DNA of 64,000 nucleotides from an uncultured Thermoleophilia bacterium (GTDB taxonomy: Bacteria > Actinomycetota > Thermoleophilia > UBA2241), in the NCBI GenBank assembly GCA_963715985.1, contig CAVQSP010000009.1, positions 1 through 64,000 on the forward strand, given 5' to 3'. Positions 1 to 9,910 of the stretch are shown one piece after another (position 1 is the first letter of the stretch; the number at the start of each line of letters is the position of its first letter). Position numbers and translations under genes: made by a program. The notes under the pieces are model-generated. The model worked only from the letters and a program-made list of their open reading frames with translations, was not told where the DNA came from and did no database searches.

Positions 1-1
1 C

Positions 2-490
2 CTCGAGTGGGCGCAGCGCAACCTGCAGGCCAACGGGTTCACCTCCGTGCTGGAGCCGGGCGGCGCCGATGGCGCCCCCGGCAGCGCCCGCCACGGCCAC
101 GCCGGCGAACACGGTGGACACGGCGGCCGCCCCGCCTCCCCTCACCGCCTCGTCCAGGCCGACTGCCTCCGCTGGCTGGCCGAGGCCGGCGGCCAGTACG
201 ACCTCATCTGGCTGGACCCGCCGACCTTCTCCAACTCAAAGCGCATGGGTCGCGCCACCTTCGACGTGCAGCGCGACCACGCGGACCTGCTGCGCATGAC
301 GGCGCGGCGGCTGCTGGCCCCCGGCGGCGTCCTGCTCTTCGCCACCAACCGCCGCGGCTTCCGTCTCGAGCGCAGCGAGCTGACCGGGCTCACGGTCACG
401 GACCTCTCGCGCTCCACCCTCCCCTTCGACTGCACGCGCGCGGCCAACCGCCACCACGTCTTCCGCCTGGAGCACTCCGCCCCCCACTGA
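2..490 (+). CDS. rlmKL: C-terminal part of 23S rRNA methyltransferase RlmK/L (partial at window edge)
   Basis: Frame open from position 2 (LEWAQRNLQANG). Contains the DLIWLDPPTFSNSKRM and FDVQRDH motifs of the RlmK domain. Confidence 0.8.
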   Translation, partial: LEWAQRNLQANGFTSVLEPGGADGAPGSARHGHAGEHGGHGGRPASPHRLVQADCLRWLAEAGGQYDLIWLDPPTFSNSKRMGRATFDVQRDHADLLRMTARRLLAPGGVLLFATNRRGFRLERSELTGLTVTDLSRSTLPFDCTRAANRHHVFRLEHSAPH

Positions 491-568
491 CCTGCGCTGG
501 GACACGGTCAACGGCGACGCGCCTTGTCCGAAGTCAATGCGGGAGGAGACTCCTTCCTGTGAGATGGC

Positions 569-586
569 TTGTGCGAGTCACCACAA
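569..586. promoter_or_regulatory. Palindromic operator TTGTG-N8-CACAA (Rex- or CRP/FNR-type)
   Basis: TTGTGCGAGTCACCACAA ends 19 nt upstream of the cytochrome ATG. A similar site lies at 31795-31812. Confidence 0.55.
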
Positions 587-605
587 ATAGGGGAAAGGGG
601 ATCGT

Positions 606-2133
606 ATGGTCCGATCAGTCGCGGGGTGCACCGCAGTGCTCGTTCTCGCCGCGGCGCTGCTGCTCGCGGGGCCGGCGGGAGCGGCCACGTACACTCCACA
701 GGAGTGCATCACCTGTCACACCACGAGCACGCCGGGCATCGTCACGCAGTATCAGGACGGCGCCATGTCCAAGAAGGGTGTGACGTGCGTGAGCTGCCAC
801 GGCGCCGACCACAGTCGCATCTTCGCCGACCAGGGCAAGGTGCCGGCCGGCACGTGCGCCAAGGCGGGGTGCCACCCCGACCAGTACGCGGAGTTCGCAC
901 ACAAGGACGCGGCCGGCGGGTACACAAACAAGCACGCCATCGGCTGGACCAGGATGACGGCGGCGGCGCGTTACAAGGTGATGCCGGAGGCGGAGCGCTA
1001 CGAGATGTGCGAGCGCTGCCACAACATCGGCTACGTCTCCGCCGACGGCTCGGTGGGCAAGTGCGACTCCTGCCACACCCGGCACACGTTCTCCGCACAG
1101 GAGGCGATGGAGCCGGAGGCCTGCGGCACCTGCCACATGGGCCCCGATCACGAGCAGATCGACATGTGGACCAAGAGCAAGCACGGCGTCGTCTACACGA
1201 CCGAGAAGAACCGCGTGAGCGGCAACCCCGACCGCGCGCCCACCTGCGTCACCTGTCACATGCCGGCTCAGGAGAAGCCCGCCGGCCAGCCGCTCGTCCA
1301 CGACGTGTCGACCAACATCACGCTGGGCACCGTCGCGCAGGGCGCGCGCCTGCCGGGGGTCGCCCTCCCCGTGCCCATGCGCACCATCACCAACGACGAG
1401 TTCACCGCGAAACGCGCCAAGATGTCCGCCATCTGCGGGCAGTGCCACGCCGCGAGCTTCGTCAAGAAGAACCTCGAGGGCGCCGACCAGATCAAGACCG
1501 ACGTGGACACGCTGCTCTGGGACCCGGTGATGCGCATCCGCGGCCTCTGGTACGACGGGCTGCTCGACCCCATGCCGGTCAACCGGGCGCCGAACCCGCT
1601 GTTCGGCCTCAACCTGGTGCTCGGCGGGCAGCAGCTGTACGGCGGCACGTCGGCCATCGAGCAGCTCTTCTTCTACACGTACAAGTACGACCACGTGAAC
1701 ACCTTCAAGGGCGCCTACCACATCAACCCCGACTACAGCCACTGGTTCGGCTGGGCTCGACGTCAACGTGGATCGCGACCTCATCGCCGGCGAGGAGGCC
1801 AAGCTCCGCCGTCTCGAGATGCCCTACGACGCCGGCTTCACGGCCCGCGGCCTCGTGGCCGGCAAGAAGACCCGCTTCGACGCCTCGCAGCTGCTCGGCT
1901 GGGGCAACGCGTCGCCCAATACGTTCTCGTGGTGGTTCGGCGACGGGTCGAGCGAAGGCACGGTGACGGCCATGGCCGGCGTGGCCAAGGCTGCCCACGT
2001 GTACGCCGCGCCGGGGACGTACAAGGTGCGACTGACCTGCGCCGACTCGGACTCCGTGAACGACAGCGCCCAGCCACTGCTGTGCTCGGCGCTGCGCACG
2101 ACGACGCTGACGGTCAAGGTCACGAGGAAGTAG
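606..2133 (+). CDS. Secreted octaheme cytochrome c, HAO family, with C-terminal PKD domain (+1 frameshift near 1757)
   Basis: Signal peptide. Heme motifs CITCH, CVSCH, CAKAGCH, CERCH, CDSCH, CGTCH, CVTCH, CGQCH. HAO-like CHTRHTFS, CHMGPDH and HINPDYSHW. Continues in ORF 1768..2133 with WWFGDG and HVYAAPGTYKVRL (PKD). Confidence 0.85.
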
Positions 2134-2163
2134 TACGGCGCTGGGAACAGGTCGCCGGACGAT

Positions 2164-2193
2164 GGCCCGGGCGCCCTTCGCGGGGCCCGGGCC
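2164..2193 (+). terminator. GC-rich hairpin after the cytochrome gene
   Basis: GGCCCGGGC(G)CCC-TTCGC-GGGGCCCGGGCC inverted repeat, no strong U-tract. Confidence 0.5.
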
Positions 2194-2263
2194 TCGTCCT
2201 CCGGCGGGTGTATGCTCGTGCCGGTCGACGCCGGTCGGCGTCGTTCGAGTGAGGGGGAGAGTC

Positions 2264-4372
2264 GTGGGGGAGTCCTCTTCTGGGGGCCCTGCCGGGCTGG
2301 GTCCCACCACGGCGCCGTACGGTTCGTGGGCATCGCCGATCACCGCGCGCCTCATCGCCGAGTCGGGCGTAGGCTTGGGTGCGCTGCACGCAGCGGCCGG
2401 CGCCCTGTTCTGGCTCGAGATCCGGCCGCTCGACGGCGGGCGGACCGCCCTCGTGCGCAGCACTCTGGACGGGGGCGTCCGGGATATCACGCCGACAAGC
2501 GCCAACGTGCGCACGCTGGTGCACGAGTACGGCGGGGGAGCGTACACGCTCCACGAGCGGCCGGGCGGCGGCGTCACCCTGTTCTACAGCGAGTTCGCCG
2601 ACCAGCGGTTGTACCGGCTCGAGATCGGCGGCGGAGTGGCGGACGGCGCAGCCGGGGGCCCGCCCCGCCCCATCACGCCCGCAGCCCCGCGGCCCCGCAG
2701 CCTCCGGTACGCCGACGGGTGCGTGAGCCCGGACGGGCGCACTCTGTACTGCGTGCGCGAGCGGCACGATCCGGAGGGCGTCGTCAACGAGCTCGTCGCA
2801 CTTGACACCGACGGCGCCGGCGAGGCCATGGTCGTCGCCGGTGGTCACGACTTCTACGCCGCGCCGCGGCTGAGCCCGGACGGGCGCCGCCTGGCATGGC
2901 TGTGCTGGGACCACCCGCGGATGCCGTGGGACGGCACGGAGCTGTGGGTGGCGGACGTCACGGCCGCCGGAGGCCTCGCCGCAGAGCGGCGCGTGGCCGG
3001 CGGCCCCTCCGAGAGCGTGCTGCAGCCGGCCTGGAGCGCGGACGGCCGGCTCCACTTCGTCAGCGACCGCAGCGGGTGGTGGAACCTGTACCGGGCGGAG
3101 GGCGACGCTGCCGAGGAGGCCGGGCGCGCCACCGCGCTCGCACCCACCGAGGCGGAGTTCGCCGGCCCATCCTGGGTCTTCGGCCTGCAGAACTACCGCT
3201 TCCTGCCCGACGGCCGCATCGCCGCCTGCTTCCGCCGGCACGGGGTCGACCGCCTCTGCATCATCGGCGCCGATCGGGCCGTCACACCGGTACCCTGCGC
3301 CCTGACCGTCTTCTCTTCCCTGGTCGTCGCCGGCCACGACGTGGCGGCGGTGGCCGGAAGCCCGACCCGAAGCCCTGCAGTGGTGGTCCTGGATCTCGCG
3401 AGCGGGGACATCCGCGTGCTGCGGAGGAGCACGTCTGTCGACGTCGACCCCGGCTACTTCTCCACGCCACAGCCCATCGAGTTCCCCACCTCCTACGATC
3501 CGGAGTCGATCGACGGCCCGCTGGCGGCAGATCCGGCGTGCGCCGGCGAGCACGGTGAGCCCGCGGACACGTGCACGCTCAGCGCTCACGCCCTCTACTA
3601 CCCGCCGGCGAACCGCGACTTCCGCGGGCCGCAGGAAGAGCGACCTCCGCTCATCGTCATGAGCCACGGCGGCCCGACCTCGGCGGCCGGTACCGTGCTC
3701 TCGCTGAGCATCCAGTATTGGACGTCGCGCGGCATCGCCGTGGTGGACGTGGACTACGGGGGCTCGAGCGGGTACGGCCGCGCCTACCGGGAGCGGCTGC
3801 GCGGCAATTGGGGCATCGTCGACACCGTCGACTGCATCAACGCCGCGCGCTTCCTCGCGGCGCGCGGCGACGTGGATCTCGCGCGCCTGGCGGTGACCGG
3901 CGGCAGCGCCGGCGGCTACACCGCACTCAACGCGCTCACGCGCCACGACGTCTTCGCCGCCGGCGCCTCGTACTTCGGCGTGGCCGACCTGGAGGCGTTC
4001 GCGTCCGGCGGCACGCACAAGTTCGAGGAGCAGTACCTCCTGGGGCTCATCGGGCCGTACCCGGAGCAGGCCGCGACGTACCTGGAGCGTTCGCCGATCA
4101 ACCACGTGGCCGACATCGCCTGTCCGGTGATCCTCTTCCAGGGGCTCGAGGACGCGATCGTACCGCCGGCGCAGTCGGAGGTCATCGTCGCGGCGCTGGA
4201 GCGCAACGGGCTGCCGCACGCGTACCTCGCCTTCCCCGGGGAGCAGCACGGGTTCCGCGCCGCGGAGAACATCGTGAGGAGCAACGAGGCGGAGCTGTAC
4301 TTCTACGGACGCGTGTTCGGGTTCACGCCCGCCGACGACATCGAGCCGGTGGAGATCAAGAACCTGCGCTGA
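2264..4372 (+). CDS. S9 family peptidase (prolyl oligopeptidase/acylaminoacyl peptidase)
   Basis: HGGPT, GGSAGG nucleophile elbow, QGLEDAIVP, GEQHGF. GTG start chosen after GGGGAG. Confidence 0.9.
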   Translation: MGESSSGGPAGLGPTTAPYGSWASPITARLIAESGVGLGALHAAAGALFWLEIRPLDGGRTALVRSTLDGGVRDITPTSANVRTLVHEYGGGAYTLHERPGGGVTLFYSEFADQRLYRLEIGGGVADGAAGGPPRPITPAAPRPRSLRYADGCVSPDGRTLYCVRERHDPEGVVNELVALDTDGAGEAMVVAGGHDFYAAPRLSPDGRRLAWLCWDHPRMPWDGTELWVADVTAAGGLAAERRVAGGPSESVLQPAWSADGRLHFVSDRSGWWNLYRAEGDAAEEAGRATALAPTEAEFAGPSWVFGLQNYRFLPDGRIAACFRRHGVDRLCIIGADRAVTPVPCALTVFSSLVVAGHDVAAVAGSPTRSPAVVVLDLASGDIRVLRRSTSVDVDPGYFSTPQPIEFPTSYDPESIDGPLAADPACAGEHGEPADTCTLSAHALYYPPANRDFRGPQEERPPLIVMSHGGPTSAAGTVLSLSIQYWTSRGIAVVDVDYGGSSGYGRAYRERLRGNWGIVDTVDCINAARFLAARGDVDLARLAVTGGSAGGYTALNALTRHDVFAAGASYFGVADLEAFASGGTHKFEEQYLLGLIGPYPEQAATYLERSPINHVADIACPVILFQGLEDAIVPPAQSEVIVAALERNGLPHAYLAFPGEQHGFRAAENIVRSNEAELYFYGRVFGFTPADDIEPVEIKNLR

Positions 4373-4423
4373 CCAGTGTGCGGTGGGCCTTCGGCGCCCC
4401 GCACGTTGACCCGACTTTGTCGG

Positions 4424-5494
4424 TCAATCGCTCCAGGCGAGGGTGATCGGCAACAGGCTGACGGTGAACTCCCGGGCGTCGGGTGACGGCGCCTCGAGTC
4501 CCGCGATGACTTCCGTCACGATCTCCTCGTCGGCGGTGCGCGCCACGGCCTCACGCGCCGCCAGCCTCACGTCAGGGTCGGGGTCCATGAGCAGCGCCGC
4601 GACCGTCTCAGCGGCGCGCGGCGAGGCGAGACGGACGAGCTCGTCGCACACGGCCCGGCGCGTCACCGGGTCGTCGCTCTCGGCGAGCTCGAGCAGTTCC
4701 TCCAGGGCGCCGTGCCCGAACATCATCGCGAGGACGTCGGCGAAAGCGCCTTCGGACCTGGTGGCCTCGAAGGCCTGTCGCACGGCCTGCGCGCCGCGCG
4801 CGTCGCCGATGAGCCCGAGCGCACGCACGGCCTCTTCGTAGATAGGCCCTTCGGAGCCCTGCGACTCGATGAGGAACAGCAGCGGCCGCACGGCGCGCAG
4901 GTCGCCGAGCTGGCCGAGCGCGTCAACGGCAGCACAGGTGTCGTAGGGGTAGGCATCGGCCCACGCCTCCTCGTCGTTCTCGCGCGACGGCAGCTGCACC
5001 GGGCGCGTCGCCAGCGCGATGAGCCGCGGGACCGCGCGCCGTGCGTCCTGTGCCCCCAGAGCGTAGGCGGCAGTCTGGCGCACGAGCTCCTCGGGGTCGT
5101 CGAGCAGCCGGATGAGCGGCAGCTCTGCAGCCCCCGACGTGTCGCGGAGGGCCGTGAAGAGGAAGGCGGACGTGGCGCGCACGTCAGGGTCGTCGTGCGA
5201 GAAGCACCCCAGCAGGGCCTTGACCGCGGGCTCCCCCAGCTCGCCGAGCAGGGCGGTGGCGGTGTCGCGGCCGCGGCGAGGGTCGGCGCAGAGTCCCTGC
5301 ACCAGAGGCTCCACCGCCGCGGGACCGATGTCCAGAAGGAGCCGTCCGGCGCGCTCGGCGGCCGCCTCGTCCGCGTCCGGGTCGAAGAGCGCGCCGACCA
5401 CTTCGGCGGCGAGCTCGCGCAGGCGCTCCAACGTTGCCCGCACTTCCGCGGTCACGATGCTGCTGTCGACGACCTTGCTCACCGGATCCACCAC
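4424..5494 (-). CDS. HEAT/PBS-lyase repeat protein
   Basis: Repeated D-P-x-VR..AA.ALG units. GTG start after GGGGGAG. Confidence 0.8.
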   Translation of the reverse strand: MVDPVSKVVDSSIVTAEVRATLERLRELAAEVVGALFDPDADEAAAERAGRLLLDIGPAAVEPLVQGLCADPRRGRDTATALLGELGEPAVKALLGCFSHDDPDVRATSAFLFTALRDTSGAAELPLIRLLDDPEELVRQTAAYALGAQDARRAVPRLIALATRPVQLPSRENDEEAWADAYPYDTCAAVDALGQLGDLRAVRPLLFLIESQGSEGPIYEEAVRALGLIGDARGAQAVRQAFEATRSEGAFADVLAMMFGHGALEELLELAESDDPVTRRAVCDELVRLASPRAAETVAALLMDPDPDVRLAAREAVARTADEEIVTEVIAGLEAPSPDAREFTVSLLPITLAWSD

Positions 5495-5667
5495 TGGCGC
5501 TCCCCCGCACCCGCGCGCCCGCACCCTGACGGCCGGGCGTCGTTGGTCCCTAGCATAAAGGAACGCCGACGGCGTTGCCGCCGCGGGGAAGCGTCGGCCG
5601 ATAGCGCGGAGTACACTCCGGGCATGCATGCAGCCGCTCATCACGACGCGCGCGCCGGAGCCGGGCG

Positions 5668-6390
5668 GTGGAACGCACGAAGACCTGCCGCTCCGCGCGA
5701 GCATTGACCGCGGCCGTGCTGGTCGCCCTCGCCGGCCTGATGGGCCTGGCCTCCTTCGGCGCCGGCCTCGCGGCCCCCGCGGCGGCGTCCGCCGCCGAGA
5801 AGGCCGCCCGCCCGCCCATCACGGTCAAGCTCATCCCGTTCGGCGCCACGCGCAAGGCGCAGACCGCCACCTACAACCAGCGCCACTACCACCAGCACAC
5901 CTGGAAGCTCACAGATCCCAAGGTGGTGGTGTTGCACCACACCTCGGGCGCCGACTGGGAGTCCGCCTGGTGGACCTTCGCCAACAACACGGCCTACGCG
6001 TCGGGTCCCAAGCCCGAGAAGCCCGGCGTGTCCGCCCACTTCATCGTGGACAAGGACGGCACCATCTACCAGTGTCTCCCGCTCACCGTGCGCGGCCGTC
6101 ACGCCATCGGCATGAACTGGACGTCCTTCGGCATCGAGTTCGTGCAGGAGGACGTGAGCGGCAAGGATGGCCACTGGATGGACCGGCAGATCCTGAACCG
6201 CAGGAAGCAGATCGACTCGGGCCTCAAGCTGGTCCGCTACCTGCTGGACCGCTTCGGCATCAAGAACGCGAACGTGGTGGGGCACGCCACGGCCAACGAT
6301 TCGCCGTACTTCAAGGACTACACCGGCATCAAGAACGGGGCCGGCGACTGGTTCGCGCCCGAGGTCAAAGCCTTCCGCGCGCGACTGTAG
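5668..6390 (+). CDS. N-acetylmuramoyl-L-alanine amidase (Amidase_2), secreted
   Basis: Signal-like N-terminus, VVLHHT, SAHFIVDKDGTIYQ, HAIGMN, SFGIEF, VVGH. Start uncertain. Confidence 0.85.
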   Translation: MERTKTCRSARALTAAVLVALAGLMGLASFGAGLAAPAAASAAEKAARPPITVKLIPFGATRKAQTATYNQRHYHQHTWKLTDPKVVVLHHTSGADWESAWWTFANNTAYASGPKPEKPGVSAHFIVDKDGTIYQCLPLTVRGRHAIGMNWTSFGIEFVQEDVSGKDGHWMDRQILNRRKQIDSGLKLVRYLLDRFGIKNANVVGHATANDSPYFKDYTGIKNGAGDWFAPEVKAFRARL

Positions 6391-6467
6391 GACCTCGCTC
6401 CGGCCCTACCCGGCGGCGGGCCCGTCTCCGTCCACCGCAGTCGACGTCTGAGGCGTAGACTTGGGCC

Positions 6468-7454
6468 ATGGCGATCAAGCTCGACGGCATCCACTTCCTG
6501 GTCACGTACCGCTGCACCTACGCGTGCGACCACTGCTTCGTGTGGGGGTCGCCGGACGCCGACCAGACGATGACACTGGCGCAGCTCACGAGCGTCATCG
6601 AGCAGGCGGCCGCGTGCGGCGTCACCGACGTGTACTTCGAGGGCGGCGAGCCGACGCTGGCGTACCCCATCGTGGTCGCGGCGGCGAAGCACGCCCGCGA
6701 GCACGGCCTCGACTTCGGCATCGTCAGCAACTGCTTCTGGGCGACGTCGCGCGCGGACGCCCGCGTCTGGCTCGAGCCCTTCGTCGATCTGGGCATCAGC
6801 GACCTCTCGCTGTCGTCCTACGCCTACTTCGTCGAGGACGCGGATGAGGACCGGCTGCGCAACGCGATGCTCGCGGCGCAGGATCTCGGGCTGCCCGCCG
6901 GGGTGCTCGAGGTAGGCGCGCCGGCGTGCCTCGACATCCCCGGGCTCTGCACCGGCGACGTGGGCGACGTGATGTACAAGGGCCGGGCGGCCGTCGCGCT
7001 CGCCCCCGGGCGAGAGTGCCGGCCGCCCGAGACGCTCGTCACCTGCCCGCACGAGGACTTCACGGAGCCGGGCCGTGCGCACGTGGGGCCCGAGGGCGAG
7101 CTGCAGGTCTGCCAGGGCATCAGCGCCGGCAACGTCTTCGCGGGCGGCGACGGACCGGCTGCGCCGGCCGACCTCGCCGCCCCACGCCCCGGCGGCCTGG
7201 CGGCTGTGCTGGACGCGTACGATCCGCACACCCGCCCGGTGATCCGCGACCTCGTCGCCGGCGGTCCGTGGGCGCTGGCCAAGGCCGTCGGCCACGTCCC
7301 CGGGCGCTCACAGTACGCTGACGAGTGTCACCTCTGCTATGAGGTCCGGGCCGCGTTGAGAGCCGCCGGCCGCTCTCCGGAGGTCATCACCCCGGGGCAG
7401 TGCTACGCGGAGAACGAAGCGAAGAACGAGGAGGAGGGAGACCATGCCGTCTGA
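6468..7454 (+). CDS. Radical SAM protein of unknown function
   Basis: CTYACDHC (CxxxCxxC), EGGEP, extra Cys motifs near the C-terminus (ECHLCY). Confidence 0.85.
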   Translation: MAIKLDGIHFLVTYRCTYACDHCFVWGSPDADQTMTLAQLTSVIEQAAACGVTDVYFEGGEPTLAYPIVVAAAKHAREHGLDFGIVSNCFWATSRADARVWLEPFVDLGISDLSLSSYAYFVEDADEDRLRNAMLAAQDLGLPAGVLEVGAPACLDIPGLCTGDVGDVMYKGRAAVALAPGRECRPPETLVTCPHEDFTEPGRAHVGPEGELQVCQGISAGNVFAGGDGPAAPADLAAPRPGGLAAVLDAYDPHTRPVIRDLVAGGPWALAKAVGHVPGRSQYADECHLCYEVRAALRAAGRSPEVITPGQCYAENEAKNEEEGDHAV

Positions 7455-7884
7455 GTGCGAAGGTTTCTGGGATGCCGCCAGCTACGCCATCGTCGGCCGT
7501 CAGAGCAGCAAGAAGGCATACCCGAAGATCACCTACGGGGCGCTCAAGGAGAAGGGCAAGACCGTGTATCCCATCGACCCGGGCAGCGGTGAGGTCGAGG
7601 GCGACAAGGCCTACCCGGACTTCGCCTCCCTGCCGTCACCGGTGCAGGCGGCCATCCTCGAGCTGCCCAAAGAAGAGACCGCCGCGTGGGTGGCCAAGGC
7701 CGCCGACGCCGGCGTGGAGCGGATCTGGATCCACCAGATGACCGACACGCCCGAGGCCCTCGCCGAGGCCGAGAAGCGCGGCCTCAAGGTCATCACGGGT
7801 CACTGCGCCGTGATGTACAACAAGCCGGGCATGAGCATGCACGCCCCGCACCGCTGGATCTGGAAGATGCTCGGCAAGTACTGA
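7444..7884 (+). CDS. CoA-binding protein (YccU-like)
   Basis: YAIVG, VYPIDP, AYPDFASLP, RIWIHQ, GHCAVM. Confidence 0.8.
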   Translation: MPSECEGFWDAASYAIVGRQSSKKAYPKITYGALKEKGKTVYPIDPGSGEVEGDKAYPDFASLPSPVQAAILELPKEETAAWVAKAADAGVERIWIHQMTDTPEALAEAEKRGLKVITGHCAVMYNKPGMSMHAPHRWIWKMLGKY

Positions 7885-7903
7885 GCCGACGCGGAGCGTG
7901 ACG

Positions 7904-7946
7904 CGCGAAGGGGGGCGGGCGCCTGCGGCGCCCGCCCCCCTTCGCG
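7904..7946. terminator. Perfect 20-bp hairpin between convergent genes
   Basis: CGCGAAGGGGGGCGGGCGCC-TGC-GGCGCCCGCCCCCCTTCGCG. Confidence 0.75.
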
Positions 7947-7951
7947 TCCCG

Positions 7952-8155
7952 CTACTGCATCATCTCCGGCGGCTCGGCGCGCTGCCGTGCCGGCAGCACC
8001 GCCACCACGATGAGGATGATCACCGGGAAGAAGATGGCGAGGATGATCCACAACGCCCGGTTGAGGTCCTTGCGGTCCACCATGCGCCACACGAAGAAGA
8101 GGCAGACGACCCAGACGATGAACCAGATCGTCGCGTAGAGAACCCAGCCGTTCAT
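7952..8155 (-). CDS. Small two-helix membrane protein (PLDc_N-like), 67 aa
   Basis: GAGGAGG RBS, two hydrophobic segments, LWIILAIFFPVI. Confidence 0.7.
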   Translation of the reverse strand: MNGWVLYATIWFIVWVVCLFFVWRMVDRKDLNRALWIILAIFFPVIILIVVAVLPARQRAEPPEMMQ

Positions 8156-8273
8156 GGCGCCTCCTCGATACCCTCAGGTGTGCAGCCGGCGCAGCCGGCC
8201 GCTCAGGTGAGGATTACCCGGACGGCTGCGAAACCCTGCGCGCCGCCGTGGGGCCGCCACGAGGAAGAGCGCG

Positions 8274-9910
8274 TCAGCCGGCGTAGCCGTCGGCGGCCGG
8301 CACCTCGTGAGACGGCAGCGGCACCGCGTCCTCGGGCAGACCCTGCACGTGTTCGAGGGCGCGCTCGGCGGCGGCGGCGCCCTCGCGCAGGCAGTCGCCG
8401 ATGCCGATGCCGTGGTAGGCGCCGCCGGCGAGCTCGATGCCGGGAACGCGAGCCACGCCTTGCTCGATCCTCGCGACCAGGTCGACGTGGCCCACCTTGT
8501 ACTGCGGCATGCCGCGCGGCCAGCGGAAGATCTCCGCGAGCTCGGGCTCCGCCGTGATGCCCATGATCTCGCGGAGCTCGGACCGCACCACGGCGATCAT
8601 CTCGTCGTCGTCCAGCTGCGCGGAGGCCTCGATGCCGGCGCGCCCGAGGAAGCTGCGCAGCAGCACATGGCCCTCGGGCGCGCGCCCGGGGAACTTGCTG
8701 GAGCTCCACGTGGTCGCCATCACCGGGCGCCCCTCGGCGCGTGGCACCACGAAGCCGAAGCCGGTGAGGTCGTGGGCCACATCCTTCGCGCGATACGCCA
8801 CCGAAAGGGTGGCCGTGCTGACGTACTCGATGGAGGCGAGGTCGGCGGCCGGGAGGGGCGCGACGTGGCGAAGCAGGTCGCCGGAGGCCCAGGCCGGCGT
8901 CGCCAGCACCACGGCGTCGACCACCATACGGCCACCGCCGGCCAGCTGCAGGGCGTAGGCGCCGAGCCGGCGCCGGAGGTGCCGCAGCCGGCGCCGCACG
9001 GCGCCATGCTCACGATCTCGACGCCGCCGTGGAGCCGCTCCGCGGGCAGCGAGGCGACCAGGGCGTCGCTGAGGTCCTGCAGCCCGCCCTTGAACGAGTA
9101 GAAGTAGGAGCGCGGACCGCCCGGTGCGCCGGACCCACCGGCCGCGCCCCTCGGCGCGCCGGGCGCGCCCGGGGCCGGGCCGCCGCCCGTCTTCGCGGCG
9201 GCCGCCTTCTGCCGCGCCTTGCGCCGCTTGAGCATGGCGAGGATCAGGCTGCGGTGCTCCTTCTCCATGTCCAGGAACATGGGGAACGTCGCGCGCACGC
9301 TCATCTTCTCGGGGTCGCCGGCGTGGATGCCGGCCACGATGGGCTCGGCGATGCGGTCCAGCGCCTCGCGCCCCAAACGCCGGCGCACGAAGTCGCCGAG
9401 GCTCTCGTCCGGCGTCCCGGCCGCGACCGGGCCCTTGGCGGCGCGGGCGCCGCCGCCGCGCGGCAGCACCAGGTCCATGCCCATGCGCAGCTTGCCGGGC
9501 CAGCTCATCAGCCCGCTCATGGCGAACGGCACCATGCGCGTGGGGACCATGAGGATGATGCCTTCCGGCAGCTCGTGCAGGCGCCCGCGCGCGTAGACGA
9601 AGCTCTTGCGGATCGACTCGTTGGAGTCCTCGAAACGGTCGCCGATGCCGAGCCGGCGGGCCATGGTGATGGGCCAGTGCTTCTCGATGATGGCCGAGTC
9701 GGGCCCGCCCTCCACCACGAAGCCGTCACGGCGGCGGGTGTACACCTTGCCGCCGAAGCGTTCGTCGGTCTCGTACAGCTGCCAGTCGATGGAAGGATCG
9801 GCGGCGCGCGCGTCTTCGAGCACGCGCGCCGCCCCAAGGCCGGCCATGCCGCCGCCGACCACGGCGACCCGCAGCGACCTCGCGCCGCCCTGCTCAGACA
9901 CGCCGCTCAC
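8274..9910 (-). CDS. hemY: Coproporphyrinogen/protoporphyrinogen oxidase HemY (CgoX), frameshift near 8963
   Basis: VVGGGMAGL, EGGPDS, PIVAGIHAGD in ORF 8720..10201. TWSSSKFP, MPQYKVGH, GIGIGDC in ORF 8274..8999. GTG start overlaps the hemH stop. Confidence 0.88.

Noticed and set aside
606-2133. Anammox hydrazine dehydrogenase
   Set aside because: Only the CX4CH motif is shared. The cross-link region and genomic context do not fit.
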